64,000 nt of DNA from Lobosporangium transversale. Lineage: Eukaryota. Below, one piece after another: positions 1 to 10,900 of the stretch; position 1 is the first letter of the stretch; each line of letters begins with the position of its first letter. The notes beneath the pieces are model-generated. The model was given only the letters and a program-made list of their open reading frames with translations, did not search any database and was not told the DNA's origin. The position numbers were made by a program, and so were the translations under genes. Location of the stretch: positions 1,426,001-1,490,000 of the forward strand of contig NW_019028979.1 in the NCBI RefSeq assembly GCF_002105155.1. The letters are read 5' to 3'.

Positions 1-139
1 CTGTCCTCAATCATCAAAAATTTACAGCTTTCCAGGCGCTCCATAATCGCCAATTCCACCTGCTGCCGGTAGCTTGCCGCCACTCGCCGGTCTGCCTCAG
101 TCCTGATCGCCTTCACATCTGCTGTTCGTCGTTGTCCCT

Positions 140-141
<2 letters not shown>
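1..141 (-). mobile_element. 5'-truncated second copy of a non-LTR retrotransposon 3' region, running off the window edge
   Basis: 1-141 matches 423-563 at 139/141 nt. On the minus strand it begins directly after the poly(A) tail of the neighbouring copy. Confidence 0.65.
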
Positions 142-170
<29 letters not shown>

Positions 171-754
171 GATAACAAGGACCCACGAGGTCATGTAGGA
201 TTTATTTTGATGTTAGCTCTATAAATGGGTTGCCCCATTACTGGGGTCGCAAATAAAGCGGTATCCAATAATCGGCCGAAGCCGCATCGTTATACTGCCA
301 CAGTACTACATCCTGTTCATAAACCACGTCAGCATTGAGTAGACTTCCTTGGTCCCAGAGGACCTGTGGCACGGCTCTACTCCCTACTTGGCCTGTTGTG
401 CGCGAAGGTCATCCTTTAGCCGCTGTCCTCAATCATCAAAAATTTACAGCTTTCCAGGCGCTCCATAATCGCCAATTCCACCTGCTGCCGGTAGCTTGCC
501 ACCACTCGCCGGTCTGCCCCAGTCCTGATCGCCTTCACATCTGCTGTTCGTCGTTGTCCCTGGTGAGAGCCAAAGAATTCACCTCTGCTACGTCTGTGCC
601 TCCCAACACAGTTGCGTCCCCTGGCGCGTTTGCTCACAGAGGTGATACCATTTTCTCTTTCCCAGTTGACGGTGACTTTGCAGCGTCTGTTTGTAACTTA
701 AGGATCTGCCTTAAGTCATCTTCCGCTGGTACATCGTTGAACTTAACACTATAA
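142..754 (-). mobile_element. Degenerate non-LTR retrotransposon (LINE-like) 3' fragment with poly(A) tail; 5' boundary approximate
   Basis: Minus strand ends AATAAA-tcctacatgacctcgtgggtccttgttatc-A29 (T-run 142-170 on +). The same terminus recurs at 59479-59543 with a TSD. A broken frame contains LWSAWKAVNF, resembling the 'LW.IWK.RN...F' C-terminal motif of L1/Tx1-type ORF2. Confidence 0.6.
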
Positions 755-866
755 AACTGGGAGGATTGGTTTACAAGCATATTGAGAAGCATTATTAGTC
801 ACGTGATAATTAAGGGTAGTATGAATATTAATAATATATAGTAATAATTGCACGTCCTCTAACGAA

Positions 867-939
867 GGAGGATTGGCGCAATTGGCAGCGCGTCCGTCTC
901 CAAAGCGGAAGGTCGGGAGTTCAAGTCTCTCATTCTCCA
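867..939 (+). tRNA. tRNA-Trp (anticodon CCA), intronless
   Basis: Acceptor stem GGAGGAT/ATTCTCC plus discriminator A. D-arm/A-box TGGCGCAATTGG. Anticodon arm TCCGT-CTCCAAA-GCGGA. T-loop GTTCAAG. 73 nt. Confidence 0.95.
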
Positions 940-946
940 TCGAGTC

Positions 947-953
947 TTTTTTT
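947..953 (+). terminator. RNA polymerase III terminator (T7)
   Basis: T-run beginning 7 nt after the tRNA discriminator base. Confidence 0.7.
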
Positions 954-1102
954 ACTTCATGAAATAGAAAGAAAATTTGTTTTGGGTCATTTAGGACGCT
1001 ACCAATTAATCATGTATTATCTCCTCAAAATTTTACTTGACCACTTTGCAAAACTCGAATGATGAAGGCGATATTCCTACATGGGGATCATCTCTTATTA
1101 AA

Positions 1103-1723
1103 GAATTAATCTATTTGGCAGCCTAGTTGCCAAATAACATTCATTATTTACTTGGCAGTAACTATTTTTTTTTTTTTTTTTTTTTTTCATTCCAAGGAAC
1201 CGTATTGTATTTAACGCTCATATTTTAAATTAATAAAGCTCTACGTCATAGTTATGTGTAGTGACATTGTCTTGTCTCATTTAGAAAACTAATGACTTTT
1301 TTTTTTTTTTTTTTTTTTCAAGTAGGTCGCTCATACAGCTTTGGAGGTGCTATTTGGAGATCAATGCCTATGAGAGGTTTTCGCTCGGAGCAAACGCGTC
1401 TCACCTGCTACCTAGACGTCTTCAATAAATCGTTCTCTAACCGTGTACATTGAAGGCTGTTTTGTGAAGATGTCATCGCCGCTGCCCTTAGTACCTCCGG
1501 CGGCATTAGCTGTGCAAGGCAATATATCCACAGAACGCTGCTTGTTTTACCACTGATGTTATGACCCTGTTATCAAAAAAAAAAAAAAAAAAAAAAAAAA
1601 AAGACTGTATTTGGCAGCCCAGCTGCCACCCAAGAGTGCGAAGTTAAGTGGCAGCCCCCAGAAGTAGGCTGCCAAATAGAGGCAAAAATTACTATTGGTA
1701 TGGGCTGCCAAATAGATTAATCC
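1103..1723. mobile_element. Non-autonomous DNA transposon (MITE), Mutator/MULE-like
   Basis: TIRs GAATTAATCTATTTGGCAGCC (1103-1123) and GGCTGCCAAATAGATTAATCC (1703-1723), 20/21 complementary. Perfect 9-bp TSD CTTATTAAA (1094-1102, 1724-1732). Internal subterminal copies of TGGCAGC/GCTGCCA. Confidence 0.85.
1319..1602 (+). mobile_element. Probable poly(A)-tailed retroelement 3' fragment nested in the MITE
   Basis: GC-richer block ending ...ccctgttatc-A28, sharing the TGTTATC-(A)n terminus with the element at 142-754. Contains LIQLWRCY, weakly like LINE C-terminal W-R motifs. Confidence 0.5.
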
Positions 1724-1909
1724 CTTATTAAAAACTTTGATGATACTAAGACTAAGAAATTGATTGCAATCAACATCCGATTAGGAGCGTGTCACCAAGT
1801 AATTTATGATCTCTTCTAGAATGTAGATATCTTCATCAACAAATATATGCCTGACAACCCCACAAACTTGGGGCTAAGTTACAAATATCTGAGTGCTCTG
1901 AATCTTAGA

Positions 1910-3744
1910 CTAATGTACGCATCCCATTGCTGATAAAGTACTACTATATAAAACATTAAAGCATAATGAGAATATCGTACGAGCCTCATCATGAGTGAAG
2001 TAGCCAGTGGTAAAAACAAGAGTGACTAAGCCTGTTAGCTTGACATTACTGAGGTTGACTGGCTGTGGTGGCAGTCGATGGACGATTAAATTTCGTTTCT
2101 TTTTTAATAAGTAAAGGATCGTATGCACGGATCCTATTGAGTGCTGTTGCATCATCCTCGATAAGAGCGATCAACTCGGTCGAACCGGTGCTTGTCTTGA
2201 TGAAGATCTATTCGTGTAACATCTTGATATGGTCTTCTACCGGCGCTGATTTCTCTGCTACTTTACTAAGTGTTACGTACCGAGGCTTGGGAATGCACCT
2301 CAGGGACACTTCCATTTTTATTCATAAGATCAGAACATTGTGTGACGGTCGTAGCGGGTCCTTAATAAAAGACTCCCGCCTGGCAACAATAATAGAGACA
2401 GCTTTGATCTCCTTGACTAGCAATACCACAGAAAACATCTCACTAAGCTCCACAGCATGAGCTTGTAGTTGCTAGATGTTAGTAGATTTTCAGACTTGAC
2501 GGACTTGCTTTTGGACTTTGTAGGGCAAGCGTAGCCTCTGTGATCAGTCTTGCCAGAAACATAGCATGATTGAGGACCATTACCACCGTTCTTGTAACAT
2601 TGGGCTTCAGAGTGACTGTGTCTACCACAGGCGGACGTCGAGTTCTGAGAGAATCTATATCCATGATAGATTTAACAACATAATCGTTATCTTGATGATG
2701 GTCCCGGTGTTGATGAGAGATGTTTTGATGAAAGTTGTTTCGATGATATGTAGTGTGGTTGAATGTTTAACAAAGTGAGATGTTTTCTATAGTGCTTGCG
2801 CTGGAGCCATAGATCTGCAACTCGTCGGGAGTTCTTCAGGGATTTTATCACGGAGTGGGTAGTATGCAGCCTCGAACTCACGGACAAATTCCATAACATC
2901 TGAGTTAGGTTTCATGGATAAATTGTCGTACTTGTAGCGTAGCTCGAACTCATCATCCGCTTTGGCAAACTGCTCTTTAAAATCTTGAGCGAAGTTTTTC
3001 CAAGTGAGGATATTCTTAGTCTCAAGATCGTCAATGTATCTAAGACTCCAATCACGTGCGACCTTGTCCATATGTAGAGCAACACGAACTGTGAAGAAGT
3101 TATCATTGACGTTGGGGATTTTGTACAAAGCGTCCATAGCGCGTAACCAGGATGAAACATCCGCCTTGCTGTCGAATCGTTCAATTCCTGCAAGATTAAA
3201 ATGCTGATTGGTTGTAGTCAAGGAGATCAAAGTTGTCTTTATTATTGTTGCCAGGTGGGAGCCCTTTATTAAGGACCCGTCATGATCGCCACACAATGTT
3301 CTGATCTTATGAATAAAAATGGAAGTGCCCCTGAGGTACACTCTCAAGCCTCAGCACGTAGTACAAAGTCTTAGCGAATTGTGCTTTAAAGTCCTGAGCA
3401 AAGTTCTTCCAAGTAAGAATGTTCTTAGCCTCAAGGTTATCAATATGTCGAAGGCTCCAATCACGTGGAACCTTATCCATGTGTAAAGCAACCTGGACCG
3501 TGAAGTTGTCGTTGACGTTGGAAATCCTATACTGGGCGTCCATAGTGCGTAGCCAAGTTGAAGCATCTGTCTTGTTGTCAAATCGTTCTATTCCTGCAAG
3601 ACTGAAGTGTTGATTGGTTGTGGCTTCTATATTTATATCACTGTCACTGTCAAGAAAACAAATCTTGGCGGAAGGTCCTGAAATGCTTTGCGCGTTGGTA
3701 TTGGGTGTGGTTTGCATTGTTGATAAACAAAAGGTGCTTGGCTC

Positions 3745-3780
<36 letters not shown>

Positions 3781-3937
3781 AACAAGTAAAAAGACCAAAA
3801 GATTTGCTCAATGGGAAATAAAAGTTTGTGATATAATTACAGTAGAGAGGTGAATACGTACAATCGGAAAGTGTAAGGAAGAGGGACATGAAGAAATAGC
3901 TAGATCGTGATAGAGGTAAAAAGAACCTTTGCTACCA
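1910..3937 (-). pseudogene. Decayed Ty3/gypsy-like LTR retrotransposon internal region (gag, zinc knuckles, aspartic protease remnant)
   Basis: Retrotrans_gag-like TWKNFAQDFKEQF...ELRYKYDNL...VMEFVREFE. MDID motif at ~2653-2664. Two damaged CCHC knuckles (SACGRHSHSEAQC, CYVSGKTDHRGYAC) at ~2522-2636. Protease-like IALIEDDAT at ~2145-2175. Frameshifts and stops; no RT or integrase visible. Confidence 0.75.
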
Positions 3938-3949
3938 TTTGTCGTAATA
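3926..3949 (-). other. Primer-binding site (initiator tRNA-Met type) and 3' edge of the 5' LTR
   Basis: Minus strand reads ...ATTACGACA-aa-TGGTAGCAAAGG: an LTR-type CA end, 2-nt spacer and TGGTAGC PBS, about 210 nt upstream of the gag start. The far end of the LTR could not be located. Confidence 0.65.
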
Positions 3950-5229
3950 CGTCTACTAGTGATCTCTAAAAACTAGTAGGAAAATAACAAGTCAAAAATC
4001 GGGCAAAAGCCTTGTAGAATTGGGGTGATCCTAACGAGGACGTAGAATAAATTAGATAGATGCTGCAAAAGGGTATCGATAATGGTAAGAAGAGACCTTT
4101 AATAACTGCTAATGGTTTTCTGAGGATTCATGATAAAAATAGTGAAATAAACTCACCTGCAAAAAGGGAATCGATGGTAAGAAGAGATGCCGTTTTCGCA
4201 GTAAGAAATAAAATTATTAAAGTACTAAAAAATGATAAAAAATACATAATTTGGGTAAACAAAAAAGCGTCATTTACGGTGCCCCTCCATTCTGACTGAC
4301 ACTACTCCTGGAGTGCTTGGATAAACGCCGTAGCTCTCTCTGATATATCTCAGCAGGGTTTGCTGGAGGAATGTTAGGAGAAGGAGCTACTGCATCACGG
4401 CTAGCGATGAGCTGCTCTTGGTCTACACGTTGTCGTGCGGCATCTTGAATTTCTGCCGTTGCTGGATCAGGTTCAAGGTAATCCGTCCATAGTATTTGTC
4501 CATAGAAAATTTATCAGAAGCACCTTTTGGCTTGTACCAAGGCACCTTTTATGGACTGACTATACTTTATTCCAACAAGGCTGGCTATGATGTGTTGGTT
4601 AAAGCTAAGGCTGATTTGATGTATAACATATGTGAAGAACATAGCCTTCTAGTCAAGGTCGGAGTGGTTGTTACTGGCAATTTAAAAAAAAAACGTCTTA
4701 TTGTTACTACAATCAAGACGTGGGTGGACATTTGGGTGAATAACAAAATCTAGAATTAGCACGACTCTGGTTCGTTAATCTTATTCTACAGATCCAACTT
4801 CAGGCTATATGCACAAACGAGAAGTAGCTTTACTCAGCAGATAGCGAGATAACTCTAAGAAGGCCAGTTCCCGAATGATCGAAACACCCGCATATAGTGA
4901 GGAGCATAGATCAAAATCTAGGTTGTTTACATTATGACTCTTTATCTCTGCAATGGAGCTTCACAAGAAGCATATTTTGATAAAACCCTGTTTGACTAGT
5001 TATAACCGCATAAAATACCATTAGCCCCGTTCTACCACTTTTTTGACGCAAAAATGCATGAAAGGGCGCTAACTTGAGCTGTTTATTACTTTTTCTTTTT
5101 TCTTTAGGAAATGAGTGATAGAAGAGAAGATACTCTTAAAAATAGGAGATTCTTCCGATCTTTTTTTTTTTTTTTTTTTTTTTTGCTTACTCCGGGGCTT
5201 GGGAGTACTGATAGTGCTAGATTTGCGCT

Positions 5230-5436
5230 TCAAAGATTCAGAATCCTTGTCGGAACCGTTAAATGGATGCTCTGGCATATAAAGAGGGCATTTCCACTAG
5301 TTACCAATTGGAAGCGGAAGGCAGGATCTACGGACGCAGGGGTGTCATGTCTCAATGTAGCCTCAGTAAAAGGAGCAACTAAAAGAATTACCAAGAAGAT
5401 AACAGTCAAAGCAAGGATAGGGCTCTTGAAGATCAT
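5230..5436 (-). CDS. Possible small secreted protein (68 aa), unsupported by homology
   Basis: ATG in good context (caaaATG). MIFKSPILALTVIFLVILLVAPFTEA looks like a signal peptide. Confidence 0.3.
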   Translation of the reverse strand: MIFKSPILALTVIFLVILLVAPFTEATLRHDTPASVDPAFRFQLVTSGNALFICQSIHLTVPTRILNL

Positions 5437-5824
5437 TTTGGAGGAAGGGATTACTGATAGAAGGAAGAGAGAGAAGAGATGATCTTTGAAACAAAAAAAG
5501 TTGGTGTCGATAGCCATATACATCTGTAGAAGAAGCATCCACAGACGGATTGTAATGGGTTATACATAAACTGGATCATCCTGAACAAAAAAACTTATAG
5601 TTGTGATTCATTGTATATGAAATGAAGAGCTGATAAGTTTGAGGTGCCCAAAATAAAGATTAAGAGAGAATGAGTGGTATGTGATCAGAGTCAGACTATT
5701 ATGCTTTTAGCATTGTCTATTCCATTGTCATTAATTATGTACATGTTCATGCACTATTATTATTATATTATTAATATGTTTTTTTTTTTTTTTTTTTTTT
5801 TTTTTTGATTGTGTCTAGGTTTAT

Positions 5825-7907
5825 CTAATCTTGATCAACCCAATCTCTAACGATCAGCGCAGTCTCGTGACGTAGAGCATCGTTAGCACCAGGGAACAAG
5901 ATCGGATGGCCAGGTGGGAAACGCATGGAACCTAGAATATTCCATTTGATACGCGTCCATTCCATATTGTAGCTAGGATCAATATCCCAAATAAGTAGCT
6001 GAATAAATTTTTATACATCGTTGTACAGGAATGATAAGAGTCATTAGCTTTAAATAAAGGTGAAAGCATAAAATAAAGTACATGAATAGTCGCACTTACA
6101 TGATGCAGCAGGTGTAAATTACTTGGCGAAATCCTGCCACGCCCACCCGTGTATTGTCCTGCACTTAACCCAATATCATCACTAAGCCCTAAGTTGCCTA
6201 ACCCAACATTGACTGCTGCGCCTACTCCGGCCTTGATGCCTGCACCCACACCATGTTCCCCTGACCCAACAGTCGATGTTGACGCCACGCCTTCCTTACC
6301 CTTTCTTTCACTACCATCTTTGCCGTGTTTTCCAAATGAGCGATATCCGTGGCGGCTATCAAATATACTGTCCTCTCGTATCCCCGCTCCTTGCTCATCT
6401 TCTTTTTGCGCCAGTTCATCGCCATGTTTGACATTAGTATAATTGTGGATCGAAGTCCTCAGCTCCTCCACGATAAACTCACCAAAAGCATTGACGAGGG
6501 CTATAGAAAAATCCTGCTCTGCAATGTAACAATATCCAGTCAATAGACGGACCAAGGCCGAGGCACTGATTCTATCTCGATGGAGCGCTTGCTTAAGGAC
6601 ATGCTTAACTGTTGGGATCAACTGACGTCCTTCCATCGGGTTCTTAATCATAAGGGTGGAGCACATATTTAATATTGCGTTGCTGTAATCCCAATGGTAC
6701 ACGTAATTGGTTTTTTGGACTGGTACTTTTTTCGGTTGAATTCGATGGTTATGTGAGCGGTGTTGGTTGCGGTGGTGTGAAGGCAGATGTTGCTGCTGGT
6801 ATTGAGGTTGATGCCTTTGAGATGATGTAGGCGAGACCTTAGAATCCTGAGTATCGTTTTGATGGCCAGTGCCCCCAAATAGGTTCAGCTCTGGATCAAT
6901 AGAATCCATGTGTTTTAGAGCACTGGGTTTTTGCTCTGTAAACAGTGGCTTCGGAGGCGCTATAGGAGGCCCAGTAGTAGAGGAGGGATTAGAAGGAGGA
7001 GCCTGAGCTGAGGACTTTGTTGTATTGGGAGGCGGCATTGTTAAGGGAGAGCCTTGTTGTGTTATTAGCGTTGCTGCATCCTCACCTGACAATGAAGTAG
7101 GGTAAGATAAGCTCAATGAAGTAGATTCGGCAGTACCTTTTTGTGACTCAATCGTAGAATCTGTTACTTCGAGTGGTGTAACTGCAGTTCCTGAAGGGGC
7201 TGTCACAGTGTGCTGGCCTATTAGGTCTAAGGCAGTCGACCCAGCAGAGGACTGTTGCTGAAGATGCATATGCTTTTGGGATGCAGGTTGCAGCCGCCAC
7301 TGTTGCTGTTGGTGGAAGTGAAGTTGCTGTAATAAATTGAGTGAGGACGTATTCGAAGCCATTGTCGAGGTATTTCCTGGGAACAAATGGTTTGAAGATT
7401 GCTTTTTAGCTTGTTGCTTCATCTGCTGCTGCTGTTGATCTTGTGTTAGCCTCATCTGTTGAAGCTGCTCTTTTTGTTTTTGAATTTGCTGTTGATCCCA
7501 TTCAGCTGTATATTTTGTGATTTTGGTCAGGAACTGAGCCATATCCGGCAGTAGACGTGGGTCCTGGAATTTACAATGGACCCGCTCGATATACAGCGCC
7601 AGATTGATCAAAATGGTCGACACTTGGGCTGGCTCCAATTCTCGAAAGATTGTGACTCGATCTAATATATCACGAACAGGTTGGTCTCGGAAATGGACCA
7701 GACGTACACTGGAGGCAGATGGGTCCAATGGCACCATTTCGTCCTCACCCAAGACTGTAGCTAGGACATAAAAAAGGTCTAGATCCTGATCTACTTCATG
7801 TACTTGATCTTCCCAGCCGAATGAATCTATATTATGGGCAGGCTGAGTCTGATGGCACAAATAAAAAGCAGTAAATGCTAAAGAGTTAGTATTGCACAAG
7901 TACGTTG

Positions 7908-7942
<35 letters not shown>

Positions 7943-10900
7943 CGCCATATTACCTTAAAAACGAGGACAAATAGTCCGCTACCCATGAAGTGCACAAATG
8001 CGTCATGTAAAAAATTCTTTGCCCGGTTCAGGACTGGATCGCCTGGATCATCTCTCCTTCTAGTCATCAACCGCCCCATAGCCATGATTTCTCTTGAAAG
8101 TAGCGCAGTTGTCATAGTTGAAGACCGCTTTAGAAGCGTAGAGCAGATAGATATCGACAGTAGGATGCTCTCATCAGATAGCGACTCTTCACCCGTAGGA
8201 GAATTAACATTCAGGGCAGCAGCAGCACCAGTAGTGCCTCCAGACGTCGTTATCACGTTCTTCTTAACTACCAACATGTCCACAATGCGTTTCATTAGCA
8301 CAACTACGAGATCTGATAGTGGATCTACTTCTTTGATGTACTTATAGATCACAATGAACAACAGTTCAAGCCAGTCCTTCAGCCTTCCTGCAGGAAGTGC
8401 GCCCAGATCAGTCTCAGACCCAAGGAATCGCAAGATCACGTCCACAAAATATGTTCCTACGACGGGCGTATTATCGTCCAGTCGTCGTTTCTGATTGCGG
8501 CGGTAGTGGTGATGGTGATATTGTTGGTAGCGTGGTTGCAGCCCATGCTGCCCGTATGGCGAGTAATTATTCTGTTGGTATTGATTCCTTTGAGCAACAT
8601 TATTTTGTTTGCCGAAAGAATCTTTTCGAAAGCTGTTGTGGTGGTCATCCTGGCGGTGCTTGTTGCGAGAGAAGTGAAGCAGATTATGACGGTGATGGGG
8701 CTCGGTTTCCCAATTGTCTTCGTCCTCCTCTTGCGAATCAGGAGCTGACCCCTGCGTCGAATCCTTGGGTGGATCAAAAACGGTGGCAGTAGTTGCGCTA
8801 AATGTTCTTTCTGTTGTTCCCATTGCTGCTGGGAGTGGTGTCGCATAGCCGCTCTGAATCATCATCGCTTCAGATCCAGATAATGTTCCCCCTTCTGTAC
8901 CTCTCAAGAATTGGAGTTGGTCATAAAGTGTGGGTGGATCACGTTCATAATCCGGCTTGATCTCCACATACCTATCCAAAATTAGCTGCAGGTTTCTACA
9001 AATTGTCAACACAAAATTCTCGTGGCCAGGATCGTTTGGCAGCATAGTATTATGACCTTCTTCCTCTTTAGTGCTCGCTGCTACTGCTATGCTATGGAAA
9101 GGGCTCATCCTCTGTCGAGGAATATACTCTCCATAGCGGACCTGGAATTTACCCTGACCTAAGCTTAAAAGCTCGCAGTCTTCAAAATCGAGATAAAAGA
9201 CTACCAAGTATTTGATCTGGATCACTTCATCCAGTCGAGGTTCGATACCGTTGGCCACCATCTGAAGAGCCAAATTCAGTAGACTGCAGTGGATGTCATC
9301 TTCGAGAGCTAACTGTTTCTCGCGAGATTCTATTTCCGTTTCTAGAGCTGATGAAGATGACAATTCAGCAGGCTTTGCAGACAATATGACAGAGGCACGC
9401 CGATGACTTCGTGATGGTTCGCCCGCTGGCATGAATGCCGTATTTACTGGTGACTCTGTATCCAAAGCAGCCGGGACATTAAGTGATGCCCTCCGCTCGG
9501 GTACTGTCTCATTCAGCTGCTGCTGCTGCTGTTGTAATCCTGTGTGGTGTGGTTGCGGTCCATCGAAGGTCTCTATGGGCGAAGCCGATGTAGGAGACGC
9601 CCTTCTGGTTTGCGAGCTCTCTACCTTTACTGGGCGGTGCTTGGAATCGTCCGAAGGCATGTCCGTATTCATCCCACAGTCACTTGAGGCGTCACTGCTA
9701 TGCTTTATGTGACTCTCGTTTGAAGCGTCTGAGATACCGCCTGGAACAAGTTGGCCCAGTTTTCCGCTCGTGAGTAGCCTAAATATTTGCCCATAGTTCA
9801 TTATCTTCCATCTAGGAAAGTAATTGTTCAAGCGTGTCATCAGCTTCAAGAGCATCTGCTGGGCCTGTGGTGGGCTGGCAATGAAATGGAGTTCCCAGGC
9901 CTTAAGTGCGTGGAGAATATGAACAGGCTGAAGTGCTTTGAGAAGTGTTTTGGCTTTAGTGCGCACTGCTTCTTCCTTATCCCACATGGAGGAAACAAAA
10001 AAAGTAAATGCGGGCCCCAGGCTCTGGAGTTGATCCGGAAGAAACTGGTAGCGGTGGTGAAGGTAGTGTTGCTCCAGTGAATCGCCTTGGCTTTTGTTTG
10101 AGTCTTTCTGGTCATACCCGCTCAAGCCTGTACCACGGCTCTCACTGTTCTCGAACTCAAATGGGTCGGCTCCCGGCCGTTTTCTGTGCTGGTGCTGTTG
10201 CTGTTGCTGTCGCTGGTCACGGGAGCGTATGCCTCCTCTTTCGACGTCTTTTCCTTTACTGCTCAACATAGTCCCCATTGCGAATGAGGTTGTCGCAACT
10301 ATTGGTTGGAAGAAAAGCTTCATCACCATGGCATCGTCTAGTTTGGAGAAGAGTCCGAAAACTGGGTCAAGTGCTGAAAACCGGGTTTCCCAGTCCTGAT
10401 CGTTAAAGTAATGCGAGAGGGTTTTTTGAAATATATCAGGATGTCTGGATATGAAGCGCATCAATAAAGGTAGTGTTGTCTCGGTTATGTGGTCGTTCAG
10501 TGGTGAGATCATTTCCCATACGATAGGAAGCACATCATCGTGTATGCTCTTAATGAAATCATCCATATTCGAAACCCTACGAGCATTGTCCAGGATAACA
10601 GACAGAACTTTCACGGCTTCACCCTGCAATGAGAGATAAGGAGTGCGTAGACTATATAAGAGCATGGATATCACTGCAGAGTTGCGGTCAAGCAGGAATG
10701 GCTGCCTAGAATAATGCTGTTGCTGTTGCGACGGTAAATTACCATCGCTATTGCCTCCCGAAGGGCTCTTGCCTTGCCGGCTACGAGAGAATGTAGAAAT
10801 CGTGCATTAGCACGTGAATAGCTTCATGACATAACACGCGACTGAATATAACTCCTGCCGTCATCATTTTACCTGCGCTTTTCCTTAGAATTCAAACTAA

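Noticed and set aside
759..768. GGAGGATTGG, identical to the first 10 nt of the tRNA, near the LINE 5' boundary
   Set aside because: Only 10 nt, noticed post hoc, and not arranged as a TSD around any element.
749..940. 63-aa minus-strand ORF
   Set aside because: Antisense shadow of the tRNA gene.
3950..5060. Far end of the LTR and short ORF remnants
   Set aside because: No second LTR for comparison, no clear terminal inverted repeat and no recognisable protein motif.
7892..7960. Poly-Lys/poly-Phe stretches in many predicted ORFs
   Set aside because: Translations of intronic homopolymer tracts that are removed by GT-AG splicing.
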